Of a DNA stretch of 64,000 nt, positions 18,868 through 28,847 are shown piece after piece. Source of the stretch: Nitrospirota bacterium (GTDB taxonomy: Bacteria; Nitrospirota; Thermodesulfovibrionia; Thermodesulfovibrionales; Dissulfurispiraceae); assembly GCA_963790025.1 (NCBI GenBank), contig CAWBMP010000002.1, positions 672,001 to 736,000 on the forward strand. The letters are read 5' to 3'. Within the stretch, counting starts at the first letter, position 1. Each line of letters starts with the position of its first letter. Below the pieces are notes generated by a model. The model was not told where the DNA came from. It searched no databases and worked only from the letters and a program-made list of their open reading frames with translations. A program made the translations under genes and the position numbers.

Positions 18868-19404
18868 TTACAGCTTACTCAACGCCCTTCTGACAGATTT
18901 TTCCCTTTTTGAAAGTTTGTAAGAGTTGCCCTTCCTGGAAGACACAACTTCGTCATATTCGCCGGAATCTTTCAACTCGTCCGCTCCATAAATGTCAGCA
19001 GCAGCGCCGGCTTCTAAGGGAATATCCTTCAACGCAGCTTCTTTATACACTTTTTCGAGGAATTCTTCCGACGGTACCGGGATGGAATTGACCGACCATG
19101 CATAGCGAACAATATCTTTATCCGAACTTACGACTATCCATTCCTTCCGGTTTTTCGCGATAATCCTCTTGATAACTTCGTCAGCTCTTTCGCCGAGCCC
19201 CGAATAAATGATTGACACACCGCCGCGGACTGCCAGGCTCTCATTGCCCCGGCCTGCCTTATAGCCGTCAAACACAACAGTTATGTCATGCATCCTGATT
19301 CGTTTATACCGGACCATCAGATCAATGAAATCATCGCGTGCCTTCTCCCTGCTGTTGTGAGAAGTCCCTATGACATTGTACCCGTCAATAATTATACTTG
19401 TAAT
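18868..19404 (-). CDS. NYN-domain (YacP/Rae1-like) RNase, probable ATT start
   Basis: The frame extends upstream of the called Met to IIIDGYN. Also VVFDG, ADEVI, VVSSD. Confidence 0.85.
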   Translation of the reverse strand: MTSIIIDGYNVIGTSHNSREKARDDFIDLMVRYKRIRMHDITVVFDGYKAGRGNESLAVRGGVSIIYSGLGERADEVIKRIIAKNRKEWIVVSSDKDIVRYAWSVNSIPVPSEEFLEKVYKEAALKDIPLEAGAAADIYGADELKDSGEYDEVVSSRKGNSYKLSKREKSVRRALSKL

Positions 19405-19435
19405 AGCCTTTCACCTCAGTCTGTGCTTCAGTTCA

Positions 19436-19570
19436 TAAATACAGTGTCGCACCGAGAGTGTCGAGGCGCCGCTCCAGCAAGGCGCACGGCTGAAGCGTAC
19501 TGTCGAGTCCGTTAAAGGAGTGCAACGAAGCTTAAGCGGATGCATCGGCACTCGAATGCAACTGTATTTA
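19436..19570. repeat. ~135-bp MITE-like element
   Basis: TAAATACAGT...ACTGTATTTA termini. Internal CAAGGCGCA is shared with the 5846-5965 element. Confidence 0.65.
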
Positions 19571-20137
19571 TGTATTGAAGCACTTAGCTATATCAAGGAT
19601 CATCTCCGCAGTAGTTTTGCTGTAATTGCCGATGTAGTTGAGGCTGCTCCTTACTTCTTTTTCTACATTTGCCATCTCGATATAAAACATAGTGCGGTTG
19701 AACACGAAGTACTGCACGTCTCCCGCCTTCTCCTCCATAAACCGGTAACACCCCATTCCGTATTCAACAGACCCGTCCCTCTTTTGCATCTCGTAGGGTA
19801 CTCCGTGTATTCTGCATATCATGGGACGATGTGCATAGAGAATGCACAAACCGTTCTCGTTGAGCGGACACATGACCCGCACATCGTCGGGAGAGGCGTT
19901 ATGGATCCTTACGACGTTCTCGGCGCGGCTTATTATCTCTCTTCTCCTGTCCCTGTCAAGACCCCTGAGGCCTTCGGCAAGATAAAGCTCCTCAGCCAGC
20001 ATGTGGTGATGGAATTTAGTCTTGCAGCAATTGTCGGCACAGCCGTCACAGCCGAACTTGTAAGAATCAAGGGCAGCCGAATACAGAGAGTCGATGGCCC
20101 CGAATATTTCCTCAAGTCTCTTTAAATGCCTGTCCAT
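19568..20137 (-). CDS. Cys-rich YkgJ-like putative zinc/Fe-S protein
   Basis: CDGCADNCC...CPL...CILYAHRPMICR. Confidence 0.8.
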   Translation of the reverse strand: MDRHLKRLEEIFGAIDSLYSAALDSYKFGCDGCADNCCKTKFHHHMLAEELYLAEGLRGLDRDRRREIISRAENVVRIHNASPDDVRVMCPLNENGLCILYAHRPMICRIHGVPYEMQKRDGSVEYGMGCYRFMEEKAGDVQYFVFNRTMFYIEMANVEKEVRSSLNYIGNYSKTTAEMILDIAKCFNT

Positions 20138-20155
20138 TATTCCTCCGCAAATACC

Positions 20156-20323
20156 TTAAGCACGGTCGCATGGTCTTTTCTGAATCAGGTCCCATGTTGC
20201 GTCATCAATTTCATTTATATACTCCGAAAGCGTGTAACTCCAGCCGCATTCCATGCAGCGCAGTGTCACCGCCTTTCAGCCGGTAATCACTTTAAGCTCG
20301 CCGTTACATTTCCTGCATTTCAT
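20156..20323 (-). CDS. Dual-CxxC small selenoprotein (in-frame UGA = Sec at codon 16)
   Basis: MKCRKCNGELKVITG-U-KAVTLRCMECGWSYTLSEYINEIDDATWDLIQKRPCDRA. GGAGG RBS and a SECIS-like hairpin after the UGA. Confidence 0.8.
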
Positions 20324-20427
20324 AAAAAGACCCTCCAAGCCGAGCTAAGGGCTGAAGGCAAATGGCTAAAGGTTTAATAAAATGAAAAAGTCTGTTTTTA
20401 TTTTTCCTGGTTTTTGCCCTTTACCTT

Positions 20428-20997
20428 TTGCCTTTAGCCCGGTTTTTAATATACCATACTATTGTGGATCAGTTAAAATTACTAAACCATACTCTCTTGT
20501 GGCGGAACAGGGAACAATGGGAAAAAGCAGTACAACTCCTGGAGCTGTTTTTCGACAATAATGGCGCCGTTTTCGCCGCAGCTAAAGAGAAGGCATCATT
20601 GCTTAAAGATACCATTAACTCAATCGATGCCTTTATCCAGCGGCATACCGACGAAGTATGCCCGCACTGTCAAAATGTATGCTGCATAAACAGGCACGGT
20701 TATTACGATTATGAAGACCTTATCTATGTTTACGCTCTCGGGATGAAGCCCCCTGCTTACAAAGAGGGCATTGAGGATACGTCTTCCTGTCAATTCATTT
20801 CGCGCAACGGCTGCACCATTGAAAGGGCCTTGCGCCCGTTCAGGTGCAACTGGTATTTCTGCAGCGAGCTCATACGCCACATGGAAGAGGGACCCCCAAA
20901 ACCTTACAGGGACTTTATCAGGCAGTTCCAAAGGGCGACCGGGGCAAAAAAAACAATGCTGGATGAGTTCTTCGCGGCCGCACAAGGAAATAACTAA
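20428..20997 (+). CDS. Cys-rich YkgJ-like hypothetical protein (start uncertain)
   Basis: CPHCQNVCC...CQF...GC...RPFRCNWYFC. Confidence 0.75.
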   Translation: MPLARFLIYHTIVDQLKLLNHTLLWRNREQWEKAVQLLELFFDNNGAVFAAAKEKASLLKDTINSIDAFIQRHTDEVCPHCQNVCCINRHGYYDYEDLIYVYALGMKPPAYKEGIEDTSSCQFISRNGCTIERALRPFRCNWYFCSELIRHMEEGPPKPYRDFIRQFQRATGAKKTMLDEFFAAAQGNN

Positions 20998-21024
20998 CCT
21001 CCGGTTTTAAGAAAGGAGTTCACT

Positions 21025-23712
21025 ATGTCAATAAAAAATCTCGAAACCTTGTTCAAACCCAAAAGGGTTGCCGTTATCGGTGCAAGCGAGGACCCAGATT
21101 CCATAGGTTATCGTATTCTCAGCAACATGGTCGGCAAAGGATTCAAGGGCGTAGTATATCCTGTGAATCCTTTATTGGAGGGAGTGCAGGGGATAGAGGC
21201 ATACAAATCCATCTCCTCCATAACCCAGCCGGTCGATCTGGCGGTAATTGCTGTTCCTATTGACGCCATTCTTTCCACACTGGAAGAGTGCGGCAAAAAG
21301 GGAGTTAAGGGAGTGTCCATAATATGCCCCGACTTCGAGAGCAAGGTCAAAGACCTCCATCTTTGGGCATCCCAGATCAAGGAGCTTTCTTTTAAATATG
21401 CTTTAAGAGTCGTCGGTCCGAACACTCTCGGCTTTATCAGGCCCAGTATGAATCTAAATGCGAGCATCTTTCCCAAAATGCCCAAGAAAGGCAACATCGC
21501 TTTTATTGCCCAGAGCGCTACGCTTTCCGCTGCCCTGCTGGACAGGGCGGTAAGCAAGAACGTCGGCTTCAGTTATATAATTTCATTGGGGGCCAAAATG
21601 GACCTCGGCTTTTCCGACCTGATCGATTTCCTGGGCGTCGACCCCGAGACAAGGGCCATTATTCTTTACCTCGAATATATCTCTCGTGGACGGAAATTCA
21701 TGACTGCTGTCAGGAGCTTTGCGCGGAGCAAGCCTATCGTTGTCGTCAAGTCGGGCAAATTCGATATCTCGGCCCAAATGTCTTTGACCCATTCAGGGTT
21801 TCTTGCCGGGGAAGACAGGGTCTACGATGCTGCATTCAAACGGGCTGGGGCAGTGAGGATAGATGAAATTCTCGATCTATTCTATATGGTTGAGACGCTC
21901 GCCAAACAGCGCCGTCCGAAAGGGAACCGCCTTGCCATTATTACCAATGCCGGTGCGCCGTCCATACTTGCAGTCGATACACTTTTGCGCCTTGAGGGCA
22001 AGCTGGCTAAACTCTCGGACGAGACCATGGCAAGCCTGAAACAACAATTGCCCGCGGTAACGCAGGCGCATAACCCTCTCACTCTCTTCACCAATGCCTC
22101 TACCGTAGAATACCATGCAGCAGTCAAACACTGCTTGAACGACTGGGACGTGGATGGAGTGCTGGTACTGCATGTGCCTTATTTCGGCACAGACCCGACA
22201 GAGATTGCATGGGCGGTCGCGGCGGCATCACAGGAAAATCCCTCTGTTCCCATCTTTACAGTCTGGATGGGCGATGATCAGGTGTCCTCTGCGCGGGAAT
22301 ATCTGAATGCTAAAGGGATACCCACCTTTGTTACTCCGGAGCAGGCGGTAAAAAGTTTTATTTACATGTACCGTTACGATTACAACTTGCAGCTCCTTCA
22401 GGAAACGCCCGAAACCATTCTCAAAGATTTCGCGCCGGATTCCAAGGGTGCCATGGAAATCTTCAAGCAGGCAGCAAAAGAGAAAAGGTTCATACTGAGC
22501 CTCAATGAGATCAAAGCGGTACTGCAGGCATACGGCATCCCGGTGATAGACACCAGGAGGACCGGAAGCGAAGAGGAGGCCATACATATAGCCGAAGATC
22601 TCGGCTATCCTGTGGTACTGAAAATAGATTCGGAGAAGATCATCAACAAGCTCGAGAAAGGAGGGGTGATCCTTAATCTCAAGGACAGCTCTTCCGTGCA
22701 ATCCGCCTTCAGGCAGATCAGGAAAATAGCCGATGACATAGGGGACCCCGACGCTCATGTCATAGTCCAGCCTATGATCATTAAGCACGGCTTTGAACTG
22801 GCGATCGGCGCAAAGAAAGACCCGACGTTCGGAGCGGTCATCCTTTTCGGTACCGGTGGAGAACTCCTTGAAGCACTTGGAGATTATGCGGTAGGCCTTC
22901 CCCCGCTCAATCAGACGCTTGCCAGACGCATGATGGAGGAAACCAAAATTTACAAATATCTCCAGACACAGGAGGCATACAGAGAGATGCTGCCGTTGCT
23001 TGATGAAATGCTGGTACGGTTTTCGCAGCTTATTGTTGATTTCCCCTGTATAAAAGAGATCGATATTAATCCCTTCGTCATCACAGGCAAAGAAGGGTTT
23101 GTGCTGGATGCGGCCATACTGCTCGAAAAAGACGAAATGGATGAATGTGAACGAATGAGAGAGGATATTTGTCCCTCCCATCTTTCCATCTGCCCTTATC
23201 CTTTTAAATACATCAAGGAGGTCGTACTGAAAGATGGGACTCCGGCAGTCATCAGGCCCATACGGCCCGAAGATGAACCGCTGATTTACGAGTTCTTCAA
23301 GTTGCTCTCCGATGACACTATTATGTTCAGGTTCTGCCAGCGCCTGACCGATATGCCGCATGAGCGACTGGTAAGATATTGCCAGATAGATTACGACAGA
23401 GAGTTGGCCTTTGTGGCTGTAATCAAGGACAATTCGGACCGGGAAAAAATCATTGCCGATATACGGATCATCAAAATGCCTGACCTTGAAACCGCCGAGC
23501 TTGCTATAACGGTGGCCGATGGATGGCAGGGACGTGGTATCGGCAGCATGCTGATGGAGTACTGCATCGATATTGTAGTGCAGATAGGATTAAATCTTGT
23601 CTGGATGGAGATCCTGAAAAACAACTCGAGGATGCTTCACCTTTCAAAGACTTACGGCTTTAAACAGGTGCATGATGATGAAGATATGATAAAGGTCATG
23701 CGCCAGTGGTAG
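21025..23712 (+). CDS. Acetate-CoA ligase family / GNAT fusion (Pat/YfiQ-like protein lysine acetyltransferase)
   Basis: CoA-binding VAVIGAS, GPNTLG, ATP-grasp GYPVVLKI and EIDINP, C-terminal GNAT WQGRGIG. Confidence 0.92.
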   Translation: MSIKNLETLFKPKRVAVIGASEDPDSIGYRILSNMVGKGFKGVVYPVNPLLEGVQGIEAYKSISSITQPVDLAVIAVPIDAILSTLEECGKKGVKGVSIICPDFESKVKDLHLWASQIKELSFKYALRVVGPNTLGFIRPSMNLNASIFPKMPKKGNIAFIAQSATLSAALLDRAVSKNVGFSYIISLGAKMDLGFSDLIDFLGVDPETRAIILYLEYISRGRKFMTAVRSFARSKPIVVVKSGKFDISAQMSLTHSGFLAGEDRVYDAAFKRAGAVRIDEILDLFYMVETLAKQRRPKGNRLAIITNAGAPSILAVDTLLRLEGKLAKLSDETMASLKQQLPAVTQAHNPLTLFTNASTVEYHAAVKHCLNDWDVDGVLVLHVPYFGTDPTEIAWAVAAASQENPSVPIFTVWMGDDQVSSAREYLNAKGIPTFVTPEQAVKSFIYMYRYDYNLQLLQETPETILKDFAPDSKGAMEIFKQAAKEKRFILSLNEIKAVLQAYGIPVIDTRRTGSEEEAIHIAEDLGYPVVLKIDSEKIINKLEKGGVILNLKDSSSVQSAFRQIRKIADDIGDPDAHVIVQPMIIKHGFELAIGAKKDPTFGAVILFGTGGELLEALGDYAVGLPPLNQTLARRMMEETKIYKYLQTQEAYREMLPLLDEMLVRFSQLIVDFPCIKEIDINPFVITGKEGFVLDAAILLEKDEMDECERMREDICPSHLSICPYPFKYIKEVVLKDGTPAVIRPIRPEDEPLIYEFFKLLSDDTIMFRFCQRLTDMPHERLVRYCQIDYDRELAFVAVIKDNSDREKIIADIRIIKMPDLETAELAITVADGWQGRGIGSMLMEYCIDIVVQIGLNLVWMEILKNNSRMLHLSKTYGFKQVHDDEDMIKVMRQW

Positions 23713-24964
23713 TTTTTGCAAGGCTTTTCAGGTATCGTATTCTCTCAAGCACGGGTGGGTGAGAATAGTACAGCGCCGCATACAGCGGGTGTGGGTAGAA
23801 ATTGGAGAGATTTTCCTTTGAAAGCTTGACGAGGGCATTGACCATGCTCCCCGTATCTCCTGTGAGTTCGTATGATGCCAGGTCAGCCTGCCGCTCATAC
23901 CTCCGGGATAAGAAATTAGGGAGCGGCTTCAGCGGGAACAGAAAGATGCCTGCAACAAAACCAAGCAGCAGTAATTTCACAAAGAGGGTGCCTCTGCCCG
24001 GGGTCATCCCGATCCCAAAAACGTGCAGAAGAATATCGCTTTGAACAATCCTGTATGAGACATACATGCCCAGAAATGAAAAAATCTCAAAAGCGGCAAG
24101 GGTCTTCAGAAGATGTTTTCTTCTCCAGTGGCCAATCTCATGGGCAAACACGGCCAGGATTTCATTGTTATCCATGCGCTCAAGGAGAGTATCATACAGG
24201 ACTATCCTTTTTGTCCTCCCTATCCCGGTAAAATAGGCATTTGTGTGCTTGCTCCTCCTTGAAGCATCCACCTTCAATACCCTGCTTGCATGAATGCCGG
24301 CCTTGTCCGCAAGCGCAATGATCTTCTCCTTGAGCAACTCATCCTGAACAAGCGCAAATTTGTTGAACAACGGCTCGATGACATACGGCGATATATACAT
24401 AACAAACAAGCTGAAAATAAAAAGAAAACCCCACACCCATAACCACCAGTAGCGGGGGCCCCACTGAATAAGCCAGAGACCCGCGAAAGTGACGAGTGAG
24501 AACATGATCATCGATATAAGGATGGACTTTATAAAATCCGATATCCAGAGCCGCAGCGTCATGGTGTTGAACCCGTACCTGTTTTCTATTCTGAAAACAT
24601 TATAGAGACTAAAAGGGATTGATGTTGTCTCTTCTGCAAAGGATAAAAGCAGGAAAAAAAGCCACCCGGAAACAATGAAGGATAAATTGAGCGACGCAAT
24701 CCACACACAATAACGGTCCAGCAAGCCGCCAAATACGAAGGCAATAACAACAATATTTCCAAACAGCGACGAAATAAAACCGAACCGGGTCTTGTCGGTC
24801 TCGTAGGCCCGCATTTTTTCGAGCATCGGAACATCGACCTGCCCCTCAAACTCCGGAGGTATCGAAACACCCTTTTTCCTCATATGTGTGAGGTTGAGGC
24901 ATTGCACCGCGTATTCAAACGCTTCCTTAACTACATAGAGTATGAGAATCGCTATTCTTACCAT
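23696..24964 (-). CDS. M48 (Ste24-type) zinc metallopeptidase
   Basis: NAYFTG, HEIGH, ERQAD, YSHPP. Confidence 0.93.
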   Translation of the reverse strand: MVRIAILILYVVKEAFEYAVQCLNLTHMRKKGVSIPPEFEGQVDVPMLEKMRAYETDKTRFGFISSLFGNIVVIAFVFGGLLDRYCVWIASLNLSFIVSGWLFFLLLSFAEETTSIPFSLYNVFRIENRYGFNTMTLRLWISDFIKSILISMIMFSLVTFAGLWLIQWGPRYWWLWVWGFLFIFSLFVMYISPYVIEPLFNKFALVQDELLKEKIIALADKAGIHASRVLKVDASRRSKHTNAYFTGIGRTKRIVLYDTLLERMDNNEILAVFAHEIGHWRRKHLLKTLAAFEIFSFLGMYVSYRIVQSDILLHVFGIGMTPGRGTLFVKLLLLGFVAGIFLFPLKPLPNFLSRRYERQADLASYELTGDTGSMVNALVKLSKENLSNFYPHPLYAALYYSHPPVLERIRYLKSLAKTTTGA

Positions 24965-24970
24965 GTATAG

Positions 24971-25591
24971 TTATGGCTGGGTCTGATTGATATTCCTGTA
25001 GATAAACAGCATAAAATCATACGCCATCCTGTCATGCCTGAGAGATATAAAGGGAGAAAGGTTTTCAGCTGCAAATGCAAATGCCTCTTCAGGAGAAGTA
25101 TAGTGCAACTCAAAATCTTTATTGGGATTATAAACAGAGAGGGCATTAAAGGCAAGCGCACTGCGGCAGTGTTTGAAAAGTTTAATCAGGGCGTTCCTGA
25201 TTGTCTCATCAAGCCCCTGGACATTCAGATTAAACACGCCGCAGAGGAATATATAATCAAAATCCTCGCCAAGTACATCTTTTTCAATATCAAAAACTCT
25301 GAAATCGACACCGGGAAATTTTTCTTGTGCCAACGCAACAAGTTTCTCATTAATATCAAAACCTGAATATCCTACCTGAATATCCCTGTCTTTCAGGAAC
25401 TGGTAGAAATCTCCTTTCCCGCATCCGTAGTCGAGGACCTTCCCGCCGCTGATGTCTCCTATATCAAGAAGGCTTTCGTAGTGTAAACGCTGCCCTGCAT
25501 CCGACCACCTGACCGCCTCCGGTCTGTCGCCGAGCAGGCCGAGTTGCCTGTCGAAAAAATTGACCACCCACTTTTTTGAGAGCTCGTCCAT
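24971..25591 (-). CDS. Class I SAM-dependent methyltransferase
   Basis: VLDYGCGKGD, GFDIN. Confidence 0.85.
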   Translation of the reverse strand: MDELSKKWVVNFFDRQLGLLGDRPEAVRWSDAGQRLHYESLLDIGDISGGKVLDYGCGKGDFYQFLKDRDIQVGYSGFDINEKLVALAQEKFPGVDFRVFDIEKDVLGEDFDYIFLCGVFNLNVQGLDETIRNALIKLFKHCRSALAFNALSVYNPNKDFELHYTSPEEAFAFAAENLSPFISLRHDRMAYDFMLFIYRNINQTQP

Positions 25592-25650
25592 AGATAATTA
25601 TAAACTAAAGGCCATCTACTTTCCTGCTGCCATCTGTTACAATAAAAGAC

Positions 25651-26115
25651 ATGGCTAAAGTCAGTGCAGGAATTCTTATGTTTCGTCTTAACGGCAATGG
25701 CATCCAGGTATTATTGGTGCACCCCGGCGGTCCTATCTGGAACAAAAGAGACCTTGCCGCATGGTCCATACCCAAGGGGTTGATCGGTCCCGGAGAAGAG
25801 GCGCTCGATGCTGCGCAGAGGGAGTTCATGGAAGAAACCGGTTTCAGGGCCTCGGGACATTTTATGCCCCTCAAATCCGTAATACAGCCCGGCGGCAAAA
25901 TCGTGCAGGCTTGGGCGCTCGAAGGCGACTGCGATCCATCGGCAATCAAAAGCAATTATTTCTCTATGGAATGGCCCCCGGGCTCCGGCCGGTCCCAGAG
26001 GTTTCCCGAAGTTGACCGGGCCTCATGGTTTGGGCTGGAAGATGCAAGAATAAAGATTCATAAAGGGCAGTCACCCCTGCTTGATGAACTTGAGCAAATG
26101 CTCTCAAAGTCGTAA
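25651..26115 (+). CDS. NUDIX hydrolase
   Basis: HPGGP, WSIPKG...AAQREFMEETG, FPEVDR. Confidence 0.9.
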   Translation: MAKVSAGILMFRLNGNGIQVLLVHPGGPIWNKRDLAAWSIPKGLIGPGEEALDAAQREFMEETGFRASGHFMPLKSVIQPGGKIVQAWALEGDCDPSAIKSNYFSMEWPPGSGRSQRFPEVDRASWFGLEDARIKIHKGQSPLLDELEQMLSKS

Positions 26116-26144
26116 AATTTCACTATGAAAAACACCGGATTATT

Positions 26145-26801
26145 ATGCTGAAAAGACAGATTGCCGTAGGCGACATACATGGCCTTTTTGAGCTGCTAAA
26201 AACACTGGTCGAAAAAAATATCGGGTTCAGACCCGATGAAGACATGTTAATCTTTATGGGCGATTACATCGACCGCGGAAAGCAAAGCAAAGAAGTCGTC
26301 CAGTATGTAAGTGCATTGAAAGATAAACACCCTGATTCCATTGTTCTACTCAAAGGGAACCATGAAGACCTTGCCTATAATGTGCTGACGGCCCTGGACC
26401 CGCGAAAGGAAATGCTGTTTTGGGGTTTCAACGGAGGCAATGATACTGTCATCAGCTTCGACGGTATTGACAATGCCAGGGAATACCTCATCCCCTTTAT
26501 CAACTCATTGCAACTCTATTACGAAACCGATACACACATTTTTGTGCATGCGGGCATTCCGCGCGGCAAAGACTTGAGCACGGCTACCCCTGAAGAACTC
26601 CTCTGGGGCAGGGATTTTAACTATGCCGGGGAAAAAACACTCGTTGTAGGTCACACCCCCAAAAGCAAGGTCGACTATTTCAACAACGGCAAAATACTGT
26701 GCGTAGATACCGGAGCATATATAAGCGGCATCCTTTCTGGCTATGATGTACTTAATTCGAAACTGTATAAGGCCGAAAAGAAAGATGGCATTATTTCCTG
26801 A
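26145..26801 (+). CDS. Metallophosphoesterase (PrpA/ApaH-like Ser/Thr phosphatase)
   Basis: GDIHG, GDYIDRG, GNHE, HAG, GHT. Confidence 0.92.
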   Translation: MLKRQIAVGDIHGLFELLKTLVEKNIGFRPDEDMLIFMGDYIDRGKQSKEVVQYVSALKDKHPDSIVLLKGNHEDLAYNVLTALDPRKEMLFWGFNGGNDTVISFDGIDNAREYLIPFINSLQLYYETDTHIFVHAGIPRGKDLSTATPEELLWGRDFNYAGEKTLVVGHTPKSKVDYFNNGKILCVDTGAYISGILSGYDVLNSKLYKAEKKDGIIS

Positions 26802-27489
26802 TAATGCGTCCTGTGGGCTCCCATAGGGGGGCATTTACCTGCGGCGGAGGGCGAAAGCTCTCCACAAGGTCTCCTATTTTTGCCTTGTTAAAATCCTTTA
26901 TTCTTATGCCGACATGCTTCCCGGGTGTTACTTTGTTTACCGTGGCATTCCCTATATGGAGCGACTCTATTGCGCCTTCATACACAGGACCCATGGCAGA
27001 GATGATGCGGAAACGTTCACCAACGGCAAAAAAACCTTCCTGGATTTGGCATCCAATGATAATCCCCTTCCGGGTGCTTTTGAAAAGGGCTATTATTTTG
27101 CCCGATCCGATAATCTGCTCCTCCGGCGGATGTGGAACCATGTCCCCGGCAATGGCCTGAATATCATCTGTCAACTTGTAAATAACATCATATAGGCGGA
27201 CCTCGACCTTGTGCTCCCTTAACACTATGTCCATAGCCGGCATCACCGCCACCTGGAAACCAACAATAAGCCCGCTTGCAGTCACGGCAAAGAGGACATC
27301 AGATTTACTTATGGCGCCGACACCGCTGTGAATAACAGTGATTTCGACATTGGGCGTGGTAAGTGCCGTAATACTCTTCGTAACAGCCTCCACACTTCCC
27401 ACGGAGTCACACTTAAGGACAATTTCGAGCTTCGGCTTTTTCTCTTGTGCCGTAAGTCCTGGCGCCGGTAGTTTCTTTATTGTTTTCAT
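26791..27489 (-). CDS. Stand-alone IF2 C-terminal-domain-like protein (no GTPase domain)
   Basis: IVLKCDSVGSVEAV, GVGAISKSDV, YDVIYKL and a beta-barrel ending GDLVESF match IF2 C1/C2. No P-loop. ATG at 27489. Confidence 0.8.
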   Translation of the reverse strand: MKTIKKLPAPGLTAQEKKPKLEIVLKCDSVGSVEAVTKSITALTTPNVEITVIHSGVGAISKSDVLFAVTASGLIVGFQVAVMPAMDIVLREHKVEVRLYDVIYKLTDDIQAIAGDMVPHPPEEQIIGSGKIIALFKSTRKGIIIGCQIQEGFFAVGERFRIISAMGPVYEGAIESLHIGNATVNKVTPGKHVGIRIKDFNKAKIGDLVESFRPPPQVNAPLWEPTGRIIRK

Positions 27490-28134
27490 GGGATTCCTAT
27501 TCAAAGCATAGGACTTTGGCCCGGCGGTGTCAATGTCAAATTGAAGAAGAATTTTGTTTTTAACATTGACACTATGAAACAAAAAATCAAAGAGAATCGT
27601 ATAAACTGTTCGCCGGGATGCAGCTTTTTTAAAAGCTGAAACTGCATGCTGTTGAGGGTCTAAACTGATGATAACCAATAGAGGAACTGGCATACGACCG
27701 GCCAGTCTCTCGATTGGATTATTTGCGGCAGATTCCTGCCAGTCACTCCGATTCATTCCTGCCGACTGCTCCGTTTTCTTTCTGCCACCCGTTCCGAAGC
27801 AAACTTGCCGCTCGTCGCGGGACGACTTGGCGTCGCCTTGAAACAGTGACGGATAGGTACTTCCTGGAGTCCGCAACAGTTTCGGTTATTAATATCTGTT
27901 TTTTTCAATCCAAGTGCGCAAACTTAAGAGGTCTCGGCTAGCGCAAAGTACGCTCTAAACAAGGCGTGCCCGAGTGGACCTAAGCTGATGAGAAGTTTCT
28001 TCGGAAATCTTGAGTCTTCTCATTAATATTTCATCCAGAAGAAATAGGAATCCTTGCGCCGCATCACAACTGTCCTGCTGGTGATAGTATTAGAAAATAG
28101 CCCTGGCTCCCATGGTTGACAAAGACAGAAGAGC

Positions 28135-28163
28135 TTGACATATTATGAGCATATGCTTATAAT
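28135..28163 (+). promoter_or_regulatory. Consensus sigma70 promoter with overlapping palindromic operator
   Basis: TTGACA (28135-40), 17 bp, TATAAT (28158-63). Near-perfect palindrome TTATGAGCATATGCTTATAA at 28143-28162. Confidence 0.8.
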
Positions 28164-28169
28164 TATCTT

Positions 28170-28455
28170 GTGGCGAGACCTAAGAAATGCAGATGCGTCA
28201 AATCCAGACCAAATGCCATATATTTTAAAGCCTAGGGGTATCCCCCTTATGGAACTTGCAGAGATATCCATCAGCTTGGACGAATTTGAGGCTATAAGAC
28301 TGGCAGACTACGAGGGGCTTTATCACGAGGACTCAGCCGGTAAAATGGAGATTTCACGCCCGACATTTGGCAGGATATTAAATGATGCTCACAGAAAGAT
28401 CGCTGAGTGCCTTTTACAAGGCACTCAGCGATCGAAGATGAATAAAAAAAACTAG
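28170..28455 (+). pseudogene. DUF134 (UPF0251) HTH protein, frameshifted
   Basis: GTG-ARPKKCRCV...YFK, then an extra A shifts the frame to PRGIP...DEFEAIRLAD...MEISRPTFGRIL. Confidence 0.85.
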
Positions 28456-28463
28456 GAGGTAGA

Positions 28464-28847
28464 GTGATGAAAGTATGTTTTCCAGTAGAAAAGAACGAGG
28501 GAGTCGAAAGCATGGTGTTTAACCATTTCGGCACGGCGCCGCTCTTCGTAGTTGTGGATACCCAAACAGACGAGGTTTCGGTAATAACCAACAGGGATCA
28601 GCACCATGTTCACGGGCAGTGTAATCCCGTTAGGGAGCTGGGTAATAAGCAGGTTAATGCCGTAGTGGTCGGCGGTATCGGCAGTGGCGCTCTCAGAGGG
28701 CTAAATCTATCAGGAATAAGAGTTTATCAGACACGGGCTCAGAACGTTAAAGAGAATGTCCTAATGTTCAGAACTGGGTCCCTTACGGAGTTTACGCCCA
28801 TGCAATGCTGTGGTGGACATACACAAGGAGAAGGCTGCGCTCATTAA
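28464..28847 (+). CDS. NifB/NifX-family (dinitrogenase FeMo-cofactor biosynthesis-like) protein
   Basis: HFGTAPLF, VVGGIGSGA, Cys/His-rich tail. Confidence 0.88.
   Translation: MMKVCFPVEKNEGVESMVFNHFGTAPLFVVVDTQTDEVSVITNRDQHHVHGQCNPVRELGNKQVNAVVVGGIGSGALRGLNLSGIRVYQTRAQNVKENVLMFRTGSLTEFTPMQCCGGHTQGEGCAH

Noticed and set aside
22228..23361. 377-aa minus-strand ORF
   Set aside because: Antisense to the well-supported Pat-like gene, with no motifs.
27560..28113. Possible decayed gene upstream of the IF2-like ORF, and the 361-aa extension of that ORF
   Set aside because: Several stops and no family I can recognise. The extension does not resemble IF2.
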